Origin: Halorarius halobius
GTDB lineage: Archaea > Halobacteriota > Halobacteria > Halobacteriales > Haloarculaceae
Direction: 5' to 3'
Assembly (NCBI RefSeq): GCF_024298865.1
Contig: NZ_CP101161.1
Location: forward strand, 175,227 to 207,226
Length of the DNA stretch: 32,000 nucleotides
The position numbers were made by a program, and so were the translations under genes. Positions 14,872 to 22,791 of this stretch are shown here, piece by piece (position 1 is the stretch's first letter; each line of letters starts with the position of its first letter). Below the pieces are notes generated by a model. It did not search any database. It saw only the letters and a program-made list of their open reading frames with translations, and was not told the DNA's origin.

Positions 14872-16122
14872 ATGAGTCAACAGCAGGACGAACAGTCGGA
14901 CAAACAGAAGTACGAGTTCCGACGCGTCATCGAGGAGCTACAGGAGTACTCGGGATCAGGAACGCAACTGGTCAGCATCTACGTCCCGGAGGACCGACAG
15001 ATATCGGACGTCGCCGCCCACATCACCCAGGAGCACTCCGAGGCGTCGAACATCAAGTCGAAGCAGACCCGCACCGCCGTCCAGGACGCGCTCACGTCGC
15101 TGAAGGACCGCCTGAAGTACTACAAGACGCCGCCGGAGAACGGGATGGTCCTCTTTTCGGGCGCCATCGACGCCGGCGGCGGCCAGACCGACATGGTGAC
15201 GAAGGTGCTGGAGTCGCCGCCGGACCCCGTCGAGTCGTTCCGCTACCACTGCGACTCGGCGTTCCTCACCGAACCGCTGGAGCACATGCTCGCGGACAAG
15301 GGCCTGTTCGGGCTCATCGTCCTCGACCGCCGCGAGGCCAACGTCGGCTGGCTGAAGGGCAAGCGGGTCGAACCCGTCAAGTCCGCCTCCTCGCTCGTGC
15401 CGGGCAAACAGCGGAAAGGTGGCCAGTCCGCACAGCGGTTCGCGCGCCTGCGGCTCGAGGCCATCGACAACTTCTACCAGGAGGTCGCGGAGATGGCCGA
15501 CGACCTGTTCGTCCCGGAGCGCCACGAACTCGACGGCATCCTCGTGGGCGGCCCCTCGCCGACGAAAGACGAGTTCCTCGACGGCGACTACCTCCACCAC
15601 GAACTCCAGGACCTCGTGCTCGGCAAGTTCGACGTCTCCTACACCGACGAGTCCGGCCTCTACGACCTCGTCGACGCCGCCGAGGACGTGCTCGCCGAGA
15701 CGGAGGTGATGAAGGACAAACAGCAGATGGAGGAGTTCTTCAAGGAGCTCCACGACGGCGAGAAGGCCACCTACGGGTTCGAGCAGACCCGCCAGAACCT
15801 CGTGATGGGCTCCGTCGACCGCCTGCTGCTCTCGGAGGACCTGCGGAGCGACGTCGTCACCTACGAGTGCGAGAACGGCCACGAGGAGCGCGAGGTCGTC
15901 GACCGCCGGAAGAACACGCCCGAGCACGACTGCACGGAGTGCGGGGCGACCGTCTCGGCCGAAGAGGCCGAGCGCGAGGACGTCATCGACCACCTCATCG
16001 ACATCGCCGAGCAACGCGGCACGGAGGCGAAGTTCATCTCCACCGACTTCGAGAAAGGCGAGCAACTGCTGACCGCGTTCGGCGGCGTCGCCGGCATCCT
16101 GCGGTACTCGACCGGAGTGTAA
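14872..16122 (+). CDS. prf1: peptide chain release factor aRF1
   Basis: Track ORF. NIKS stop-codon recognition motif (EASNIKSKQ) and GGQ peptidyl-tRNA hydrolysis motif (RKGGQSAQRF). Confidence 0.93.
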   Translation: MSQQQDEQSDKQKYEFRRVIEELQEYSGSGTQLVSIYVPEDRQISDVAAHITQEHSEASNIKSKQTRTAVQDALTSLKDRLKYYKTPPENGMVLFSGAIDAGGGQTDMVTKVLESPPDPVESFRYHCDSAFLTEPLEHMLADKGLFGLIVLDRREANVGWLKGKRVEPVKSASSLVPGKQRKGGQSAQRFARLRLEAIDNFYQEVAEMADDLFVPERHELDGILVGGPSPTKDEFLDGDYLHHELQDLVLGKFDVSYTDESGLYDLVDAAEDVLAETEVMKDKQQMEEFFKELHDGEKATYGFEQTRQNLVMGSVDRLLLSEDLRSDVVTYECENGHEEREVVDRRKNTPEHDCTECGATVSAEEAEREDVIDHLIDIAEQRGTEAKFISTDFEKGEQLLTAFGGVAGILRYSTGV

Positions 16123-16180
16123 CGACCCTGTTTCTCGGCGAATCCGAAGCGCCCTTCCCCGCCCGCGTCGACCCGCGAGT

Positions 16181-16558
16181 ATGGACTGTCCCCACTGCGG
16201 TGGCCCGATGGTCACCTACGCCGTCCCCGAGTCGCTCCGCGAGTACGTCGACCACGACCACGCCGCCACCTGCACCCGGTGTCTCGCGCTCGAACCCGCT
16301 GAGTCGGGCGGCGACCCCGACTTCTCGCGGGTCTCCGACGAGTTCCCCGAGGGGACCGGCGGCGCGGCGATGGCGCTCGCGCTCGGCATGTTGGACTCGC
16401 TGGCGCTCAACCGCGCGAACATCGAGGGGCTGGTCACGGCCGCCGAACAGGAGGGCGTCGACCCCCTGTTGCTCGTGGACCGCCTCCGCTCGCAAGGGAA
16501 CGTCCGCCTCCACTTCGACGTGGAGCGGCGCCGCCACCAACTGGAGCAGTTGCTGTAG
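16181..16558 (+). CDS. small zinc-ribbon protein, hypothetical
   Basis: Track ORF. MDCPHCGG...CTRC (CxxC...CxxC), acidic, high GC3. Lies 58 nt downstream of prf1 on the same strand. Confidence 0.7.
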   Translation: MDCPHCGGPMVTYAVPESLREYVDHDHAATCTRCLALEPAESGGDPDFSRVSDEFPEGTGGAAMALALGMLDSLALNRANIEGLVTAAEQEGVDPLLLVDRLRSQGNVRLHFDVERRRHQLEQLL

Positions 16559-17392
16559 TCAGGCGGGCCGCCACCGGACCAGCGTGTGGGGGTGGAGCGG
16601 GTTCGCACCCACGGCGTCGTACTCGACGCTCGTCACCTCGATTGCGTCCCGTGCTTCGAGCGCCGCCAGCAGTTCGCCGCCGTAGCCGCGGATGCGGGCG
16701 TAGTGGCGACGGAGCAGTCCGAGCGTCGTCTCCGGGTGGGCGTCGACCGGTTCGAGGTGGACGCCGCCGACCACGTCGCCCGCCGCGGCCAGCGCCGCGA
16801 ACCGGTCGACCACCTCGTCGACGTCCGGGAGCGTCGTCACGGCACCCCGGGTGAACACCAGCGCGTCGTCCACGCCGTCGAGGAGCGTCCAGTCGCCGTG
16901 GAAGTCGAACTCGTGGACGGTGACCCGTTCCTCGTCCGCGTGGAGCGCCCGGGCGAGGTCGACGCCGCTGGTGGCGTACTCGCCACCGACCACCGCCGCG
17001 TCGGGGAACGCCGCCGCGAGGGAGCCCAGCGCCGCGCCGTAGCCACAGCCGAGGTCGACGACCGTGTCGGGGTCGGCCGACACGCCCGCGAGCGCCGCAC
17101 GGAGCGCGTACCGGTCGAGCGCGAGCAACTCGTCGGGGCTGGCGAGAAACAGCCGTTCCCGGACCGACACCGCGCCGGGGTCGTCACGGCCGGCCGCGTA
17201 CACCCGGCGAATCGTCGTCTCCGGGTCGGCTCCGCGTTCGCGGTGTTCCGCGAGGATGCCGCCGTACATCGCCTCGTACGTCTCGACATCGGTGTACGCC
17301 TCGGGGTCCTCGGGCGGGTCGCCGACAGGGTCGAGGAGGTGCCGCGCCCACTCGGAGTGATCCGGCAGGGTATCGAGTGTGAGCGGAATCAC
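16559..17392 (-). CDS. class I SAM-dependent methyltransferase
   Basis: Track ORF with a GTG start. SAM-binding motif I VVDLGCGYGAA. Its stop abuts the stop of the convergent 16181..16558 gene. Confidence 0.8.
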   Translation of the reverse strand: MIPLTLDTLPDHSEWARHLLDPVGDPPEDPEAYTDVETYEAMYGGILAEHRERGADPETTIRRVYAAGRDDPGAVSVRERLFLASPDELLALDRYALRAALAGVSADPDTVVDLGCGYGAALGSLAAAFPDAAVVGGEYATSGVDLARALHADEERVTVHEFDFHGDWTLLDGVDDALVFTRGAVTTLPDVDEVVDRFAALAAAGDVVGGVHLEPVDAHPETTLGLLRRHYARIRGYGGELLAALEARDAIEVTSVEYDAVGANPLHPHTLVRWRPA

Positions 17393-17586
17393 GTCTCGCC
17401 ACCCCCTCGCTCGTCCGGTTCCTGCCCGAAGAGGACGTTCCTGTGCCGATGCCGCACCGTGGACAGTTGCATGGCTACCACCGGTGCGTCCGGAGAATCA
17501 CATCCACGCTTCGACGACGGTCGCGCATAACCGTTTCGGTGTCGACGAGTCCGGGCGCTTTTCCCCCTCCCCCCGGAACGCCGGGT

Positions 17587-17850
17587 ATGGCCGACCATCC
17601 CCACGCCGAGGGCATCCAGTTGCTGTACGACGCCGACGCCGATCACCCGAGCGCGACGCTCGTCAACGCCGACGGCGGGCCGGAGCTGTGCGCGAACACC
17701 GGCCACACCGACGACGCCGTCGAGGCACAGCTCGAACTCATCGCCACCCACATGCGCTGGCTGGCCGACCGGACGGACGTTCCCGTCTCGCAGGTGGCGA
17801 CCGACGCCGTCCAGCTGGCCGAACACGCCAGCGGGTTCGAGGAACAGTAG
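17587..17850 (+). CDS. hypothetical small acidic protein (87 aa)
   Basis: In frame within track ORF 17443..17850, whose first 48 codons are Arg-rich. From ATG 17587 (MADHPHAEGIQLLYDADADHP) the sequence is acidic with very high GC3. Ends 44 nt before folCP. Confidence 0.65.
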   Translation: MADHPHAEGIQLLYDADADHPSATLVNADGGPELCANTGHTDDAVEAQLELIATHMRWLADRTDVPVSQVATDAVQLAEHASGFEEQ

Positions 17851-17894
17851 CGAGTTCCGACAACGATAAGCGCGCGCCGGGGTGTTCTCGGAGT

Positions 17895-20315
17895 ATGCAG
17901 TATCACGAGGCGGCGAGCTGGCTGTTCGACCTCCGCCGCTACTCCCCGCGGACGGGCGTCGAGCACACCCGCCACCTCCTCGACGCGCTCGACTCCCCCG
18001 ACGAGGAGTTCCGCTGTGTCCAGATAGCGGGCTCGAACGGGAAGGGGTCGACCGCGCGGATGCTCGAGCGCGTCCTCCGGGAGGCCGGCCTCGACGTGGG
18101 GCTGTTCACCTCCCCGCATCTGGACGACGTGCGCGAGCGGGTCCGCGTCAACGGCCGGAAGATGCCCAAATCCGCCGTCTGCGAGTTCGTCGAGACGGTC
18201 GACGGGTACGTCACCGACCGCGCGGCCGCCGACGAGTCGCCGACGTTCTTCGAGACCGTGACGGGGATGGCGCTGTGGGAGTTCGCCCGTCAGGAGGTGG
18301 ACGTCGCCGTCCTCGAGGTGGGCATCGGCGGCCGCCACGACGCCACCTCCGCGGTCGACCCGGCGGCGGGCGCTATCACCTCCGTCACCATCGAACACGC
18401 GGACCTGCTGGGCGACACCGAGGCCGACATCGCCCGCGACATGGCCCACGTCGCCGCGGACCGCCCGCTCGTCACCGCCGCAACCGGGGAGGCGCTCGAC
18501 GCCATCGAATCGTCGGTCGATGACGTGTATCGCGTCGGCGAGGACGGCGACCTCCAGGTCGAGTACGGTGGCCGCGAGGGACTGGAGGGGGCGGTGTCGC
18601 TGTCGGCCGACGACTGGGCGGTCGAGACGCGGCTCCCACTGCTCGGTGCCCACCAGGCGCGCAACGCGGGCGTCGCGGCGGCGCTGGCCCGACAGGTCGC
18701 GGACGTCTCCGACGCCGACCTCGCGCGGGGTCTCCGGAACGCCCACTGGCCCGGCCGATTCGAGGTGTTCGACCGCGACCCGCTGGTCGTCCTCGACGGG
18801 GCGCACAACCCCGGGGGGTGTGCCGGCCTCGCGGACGCGCTCGCGGAGTTCGACTACGACGACCTCCATCTCGTCTTCGGCGCGATGGCCGACAAGGACC
18901 ACGCGGGGATGGCCGCGGCGCTCCCCGAGGCGGCGACCGTCTACACCTGCCGGCCGGACTTCGACCGCGCCGAACGGCCGGCGGTGCTCGCGGAGTCGTT
19001 CGAGGCACGTGCCGACGACGTTCGCGCGGCGGGCAACGTCGCGGACGCGCTCGCGGACGCGCTCGAGGCCGCCGGCCCGGACGACGCCGTCGTCGTCGCG
19101 GGGTCGCTGTTCGTCGTCGCGGAGGCGCGCCGGCGCTGGACTGCCGTCGACGTGCCGAAACGCGTCCCGGGTCTCGACACCGCCGAGGCCGTCCTCGAGG
19201 ACGCCGACGTGACCGACGCGGGCGTCTGGCGGATGCGCGGCAAGGGCGTCCACCGCGTCCTCCGGACCCGCGTCCAGCCCCGGCAGGCCCGCTATCTCAA
19301 ACAGGAGATGCTCGCGGAGGGCGGCGAGTGTGCCACCTCCGGGCTCTCCGACCAGGACCGGGAACTCGTCGATATCGTGCTGATGGGCACCCTCGCCCAG
19401 TTCAAGCGGCTGACCGAGACACTGGCGGGCCAGCCGTACGGCCTGGAGCCGCTGGGCGAGCGCCTGCGCGAGACGCTTGACATCCGGACCGACCCCGAGA
19501 CCCACGGCTACCCATGGGAGGAGGGCACCGCGGTCATGGGCATCCTCAACGTCACGCCCGACTCGTTTCACGACGGTGGCGAGTACGACGCCGTCGAGGA
19601 CGCCGTCGCCCGCGCCGAGCGGATGGTCGCGGACGGCGCCGACATCGTCGACGTGGGCGGCGAGTCGACCCGGCCCGGCGCCGACCCGGTGCCCGTCGAA
19701 GCGGAGACGGAGCGCGTGGTGCCGGTCGTCGAGCGCCTGCGCGACCTCGACGCGCTCGTCTCCGTCGACACCCGGAAGGCGGAGGTGGCCCGCGCCGCGC
19801 TCGAAGCCGGTGCGGACGTCCTCAACGACGTGTCGGGGCTGGAGGACCCCGAGATGCGGCTGGTCGCCGCCGAGCACGACGTGCCCGTCGTCGTGATGCA
19901 CTCCATCGAGACGCCGGTCGACCCCGCCACGGCCGTCGAGTACGACGACGTGGTCGAGGACACCATCGACGCGCTGGTCGAGCGCGTCCTCCTCGCGGAG
20001 AAGGCGGGGCTGGACCGCTCGCAGATACTCGTCGACCCCGGCATCGGCTTCGGGAAGACCAAGCGCGAGAACTTCGAACTGCTGGGCCGCATCGACGAGT
20101 TCCACGCGCTCGGCTGTCCCGTCCTGGTGGGCCACTCCCACAAGTCGCTGTTCGACCTCCTGGGGTACGACGCCGACGACCGCCTCCACGCGACGGTCGG
20201 GGCCAGCGCCGTCGCCGCCGACCGCGGGGCGGACGTCCTCCGCGTCCACGACGTCGCGGAGAACGTCGCCGCCGTCCGGGTGGCGGAGGCGGCCGACGAC
20301 CCCGACGGCGCCTGA
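17895..20315 (+). CDS. folCP: fusion of folylpolyglutamate/dihydrofolate synthase (FolC) with dihydropteroate synthase (FolP)
   Basis: Track ORF 17379..20315. I moved the start to ATG 17895 (MQYHEAASWLF) after 172 Arg-rich codons. Mur-ligase P-loop IAGSNGKGST and DGAHNP (FolC part). GILNVTPDSFHDGG, VDVGGESTRPG and DPGIGFGK (FolP part). Confidence 0.9.
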   Translation: MQYHEAASWLFDLRRYSPRTGVEHTRHLLDALDSPDEEFRCVQIAGSNGKGSTARMLERVLREAGLDVGLFTSPHLDDVRERVRVNGRKMPKSAVCEFVETVDGYVTDRAAADESPTFFETVTGMALWEFARQEVDVAVLEVGIGGRHDATSAVDPAAGAITSVTIEHADLLGDTEADIARDMAHVAADRPLVTAATGEALDAIESSVDDVYRVGEDGDLQVEYGGREGLEGAVSLSADDWAVETRLPLLGAHQARNAGVAAALARQVADVSDADLARGLRNAHWPGRFEVFDRDPLVVLDGAHNPGGCAGLADALAEFDYDDLHLVFGAMADKDHAGMAAALPEAATVYTCRPDFDRAERPAVLAESFEARADDVRAAGNVADALADALEAAGPDDAVVVAGSLFVVAEARRRWTAVDVPKRVPGLDTAEAVLEDADVTDAGVWRMRGKGVHRVLRTRVQPRQARYLKQEMLAEGGECATSGLSDQDRELVDIVLMGTLAQFKRLTETLAGQPYGLEPLGERLRETLDIRTDPETHGYPWEEGTAVMGILNVTPDSFHDGGEYDAVEDAVARAERMVADGADIVDVGGESTRPGADPVPVEAETERVVPVVERLRDLDALVSVDTRKAEVARAALEAGADVLNDVSGLEDPEMRLVAAEHDVPVVVMHSIETPVDPATAVEYDDVVEDTIDALVERVLLAEKAGLDRSQILVDPGIGFGKTKRENFELLGRIDEFHALGCPVLVGHSHKSLFDLLGYDADDRLHATVGASAVAADRGADVLRVHDVAENVAAVRVAEAADDPDGA

Positions 20316-20370
20316 CGTCGGTCCGGCATCGCGGACGCCCCTTGTCACCGGCTGTCGGGGCCACACAAGA

Positions 20371-20379
20371 GCTTTTCAC
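20371..20379 (+). promoter_or_regulatory. TATA-like box (GCTTTTCAC) for methyltransferase 20402..21016
   Basis: Ends 23 nt upstream of ATG 20402. Confidence 0.4.
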
Positions 20380-20401
20380 GGCCCCCGCGTCGGTGCCGAC
20401 G

Positions 20402-21016
20402 ATGGACGAGAAGCGCACGGTCCGCGACGGTTACGACGCCATCGCGGACGACTACGCCGCCCAGCGGACGCTCGACGGCCGCGGCACCGACCTCGTACGC
20501 GCGTTCGCCGCCGACTTGCCCGAGGGTCGGGTGCTCGATGCCGGCTGTGGCGGGGGCGTCCCCGCGAGCGCCGTCCTCGCGGAGCGCCACGACGTCGTCG
20601 GTATGGACCTCTCGGCCGAGCAGTTGGGCCACCTGCGCGAGAACGTCCCCGCGGCCGCGCCGGTGGCGGGCGATTTGACCGACCTCCCCTTCTCGGCGGG
20701 CGCGTTCGACGGGCTGGCGTCGCTGTTCGCGGTCATCCACGTCCCCCGCGAGCGACACGGCGACGTGTTCGCGGAGTTCAACCGCGTCCTCCGGCCGGGT
20801 GGGGAGGCGCTGGTGGTCGTCGGGAGCGACGCCTGGGAGGGGCGCAACCCCGACTGGCTCGACACCGGCACCGAGATGTTCTGGTCGTTCTACGGCCCGG
20901 AGCGGAACCGCGACCTCCTCCGGGACGCCGGGTTCACCGTCGAGCGCGAGGAACTCGTCAACGACGAACTCGGCGGCGACTTCCTGTTCGTCCGGGTGAC
21001 GGCCGAGGGCGAGTAG
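20402..21016 (+). CDS. class I SAM-dependent methyltransferase
   Basis: In frame within track ORF 19514..21016, with the start at ATG 20402 (MDEKRTVRDGYD). Motif I VLDAGCGGG and post-I/II segments (VVGMDLS, FDGLASLFAVIH). Confidence 0.85.
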   Translation: MDEKRTVRDGYDAIADDYAAQRTLDGRGTDLVRAFAADLPEGRVLDAGCGGGVPASAVLAERHDVVGMDLSAEQLGHLRENVPAAAPVAGDLTDLPFSAGAFDGLASLFAVIHVPRERHGDVFAEFNRVLRPGGEALVVVGSDAWEGRNPDWLDTGTEMFWSFYGPERNRDLLRDAGFTVEREELVNDELGGDFLFVRVTAEGE

Positions 21017-21035
21017 TCGCCCGACCGGTAGAAGA

Positions 21036-21043
21036 CATTTACC
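21036..21043 (+). promoter_or_regulatory. TATA-like box (CATTTACC) for the lipoprotein gene
   Basis: Ends 23 nt upstream of ATG 21066. Confidence 0.4.
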
Positions 21044-21065
21044 GTCGGCCGCCCGACGCCCGATC

Positions 21066-21665
21066 ATGCGACGCTCGGTCCCCGCCCTCCTCGCAGTGGC
21101 GACCCTCCTGCTCGCCGGCTGTACCGTCGGCCCCGGCGTCTCGTCGCCCGACCAGTCCCCGACGCCCTCCCCCACTCCGACACCCGAAGGGACGCCCGTC
21201 GAATACGACCTCCGAACGGGCACGCTCCCGGACGGCGTCGAGTCGGTGACGGTGACCCTGCGGGTGGTGTTCGTGGAGCACCCCGACGACCTCGGCCCCT
21301 GCTACCCGGAGGCGTTCACCGGGCCGTACCAGCCCTCGCTGACGCCGCTCCCGACGCCGCGCGGGGAGTGTCACCGCACAGAGTCCACGACCGTCGAGCT
21401 ATCGGCCGACGGCGCCCGGACGCTCGGCCCGTTCACCGCGCCCGCGTCGACCGACGGCCACGCCGTCGTCGTCACCGACGCCACGGCGACCCGCGCGGAC
21501 GGGTCGACCGTCTCCGACATCTACGGCGCGGGCGGACACGAGGCGCTCGCCGAACCGGAGACCCCGGCCGGCACGTACGGCGTCGCGGTCGGGCTCGACC
21601 CGGCCGACGACGAGGCGGACTACGAGTTCTTCTTCGTCTCCGAGCGAACCGCGGAAGCGGGCTGA
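21066..21665 (+). CDS. secreted lipoprotein, hypothetical
   Basis: Track ORF. MRRSVPALLAVATLLLAGC signal with lipobox LAGC, followed by a Ser/Pro/Thr-rich linker (SPDQSPTPSPTPTPEGT). Confidence 0.75.
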   Translation: MRRSVPALLAVATLLLAGCTVGPGVSSPDQSPTPSPTPTPEGTPVEYDLRTGTLPDGVESVTVTLRVVFVEHPDDLGPCYPEAFTGPYQPSLTPLPTPRGECHRTESTTVELSADGARTLGPFTAPASTDGHAVVVTDATATRADGSTVSDIYGAGGHEALAEPETPAGTYGVAVGLDPADDEADYEFFFVSERTAEAG

Positions 21666-21666
21666 G

Positions 21667-22719
21667 CTACCCGCCCGCGCCGAGCGACCGGTAGCAGTCG
21701 AGCAGGTCGCCGAGCACCTGCTCGCGGCCGTACTCCGTCATCGTCTCGTCGACGCTTCGGCGGCCGAGTTCCCCCGCCTCGACGATGGCGTCGGCTATCT
21801 CCTCGGGCGTCGTCACCCGGAACCCCCGCTCGCGGCGCTCGACGAGTTCGTGAGCCGCCGACTCCGCCTGATACTCGACGATGCCGACACAGCCGCAGGC
21901 GAGCCCCCACAGCAGTTCGCTGGCGAACTGCTCGCGAAGCGCCGTGTGGACGAACACGTGGGCGCCCCGGTACAGCGCAATCCGCCGTTCGCGGTCGAGC
22001 GAGCCGTGGAACTCGACCCGGTCGTCGATGCGGAGGTCGGCGGCCTGCTGTTCGTATGCCTCGCGTTCGGGGCCGTCGCCGACGACGGCGGCCGTCCAGT
22101 CCCGGTCGCGAAGCTCCGCGAGCGCCAACAGCAGGGACTCGAGGTTGCAGTCGTCGTCGAGGCGGCGCGCGAACACCACCTCCGGCGGGTCCGCGACGGG
22201 GTCGGTCGCACGGACGACATCGAAGTCGACGAACTCCGGAAGCACCTGGGTCGCGTCCTCGGGGACGCCTTGCTCCCACACCCGCGACTCGACGAACTCG
22301 GAGGGGCACAGCACCCGGTCGGGGACGCGGGCGGCGGCGTCGCGGGTCCGCGAGTCGTCGAGCGGCTCGTCGCCGTACCAGTCGACCACGAGCGGGGCAC
22401 GGGCAAGCGACGCGCCGAGTCGCGCGGACAACACCCCGCCCGGCGGTGCGGGCGTCGCGTGGACGGCGTCGGGGCGGAAGCGGGCGACGAGCGCGCCGAC
22501 GCGAGCGACGAAGGAGGTGCGGGCGGGCGCGACGGTGACGGCGTGGTAGGTGACGCCGTCCTCCGCGCGGACGGTGTCGTAGCCGTCCCACCACTGGGTG
22601 CAGAACACGCGCACCTCGTGGCCGCGGGCCGCGAGCGCCTCCGCGAGCGCCACCGTCCGGGCGACGCCCTGCCGGTCCGACAGCTGTGTCGTCTCGCTGG
22701 CGACGACGGCGACGCGCAT
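21667..22719 (-). CDS. GT4-family (GT-B fold) glycosyltransferase
   Basis: 3' third of track ORF 21667..24783. Real start is ATG 22719 (MRVAVVASETTQLSDRQGVARTV). The C-terminal FVHTALREQFASELLWGLACGCVGIV resembles the GT4 E-x7-E region. Confidence 0.85.
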   Translation of the reverse strand: MRVAVVASETTQLSDRQGVARTVALAEALAARGHEVRVFCTQWWDGYDTVRAEDGVTYHAVTVAPARTSFVARVGALVARFRPDAVHATPAPPGGVLSARLGASLARAPLVVDWYGDEPLDDSRTRDAAARVPDRVLCPSEFVESRVWEQGVPEDATQVLPEFVDFDVVRATDPVADPPEVVFARRLDDDCNLESLLLALAELRDRDWTAAVVGDGPEREAYEQQAADLRIDDRVEFHGSLDRERRIALYRGAHVFVHTALREQFASELLWGLACGCVGIVEYQAESAAHELVERRERGFRVTTPEEIADAIVEAGELGRRSVDETMTEYGREQVLGDLLDCYRSLGAGG

Positions 22720-22741
22720 ACAGGCACGGCGCAGGGGGGCC

Positions 22742-22749
22742 TCAAAAAC
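22742..22749 (-). promoter_or_regulatory. TATA-like box (GTTTTTGA) for the GT4 gene
   Basis: Lies 23-30 nt upstream of ATG 22719, within the 72-bp divergent spacer. Confidence 0.45.
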
Positions 22750-22761
22750 CCGACGGGGAAC

Positions 22762-22769
22762 GGTTAACG
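22762..22769 (+). promoter_or_regulatory. TATA-like box (GGTTAACG) for the S9 peptidase gene
   Basis: Ends 23 nt upstream of ATG 22792, within the same divergent spacer. Confidence 0.4.
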
Positions 22770-22791
22770 TCTCCCCGACCCTGGTGCCGGC

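Noticed and set aside
17379-17894. 172-codon N-terminal extension of the folCP track ORF, plus analogous extensions at 740-1276, 6172-6360, 7371-7454, 10262-10399, 14676-14819, 19514-20401, 28283-28408, 30128-30412 and 31550-31636
   Set aside because: The extensions are Arg/Pro/His-rich and non-acidic, unlike the rest of the proteome. They overlap neighbouring genes or promoters. In each case an internal ATG with a TATA-like box at leaderless spacing starts the recognisable domain.
17643-20366. 907-aa minus-strand ORF antisense to folCP
   Set aside because: Same shadow-ORF pattern. It has no recognisable motifs, whereas the plus strand encodes clear FolC and FolP signatures.
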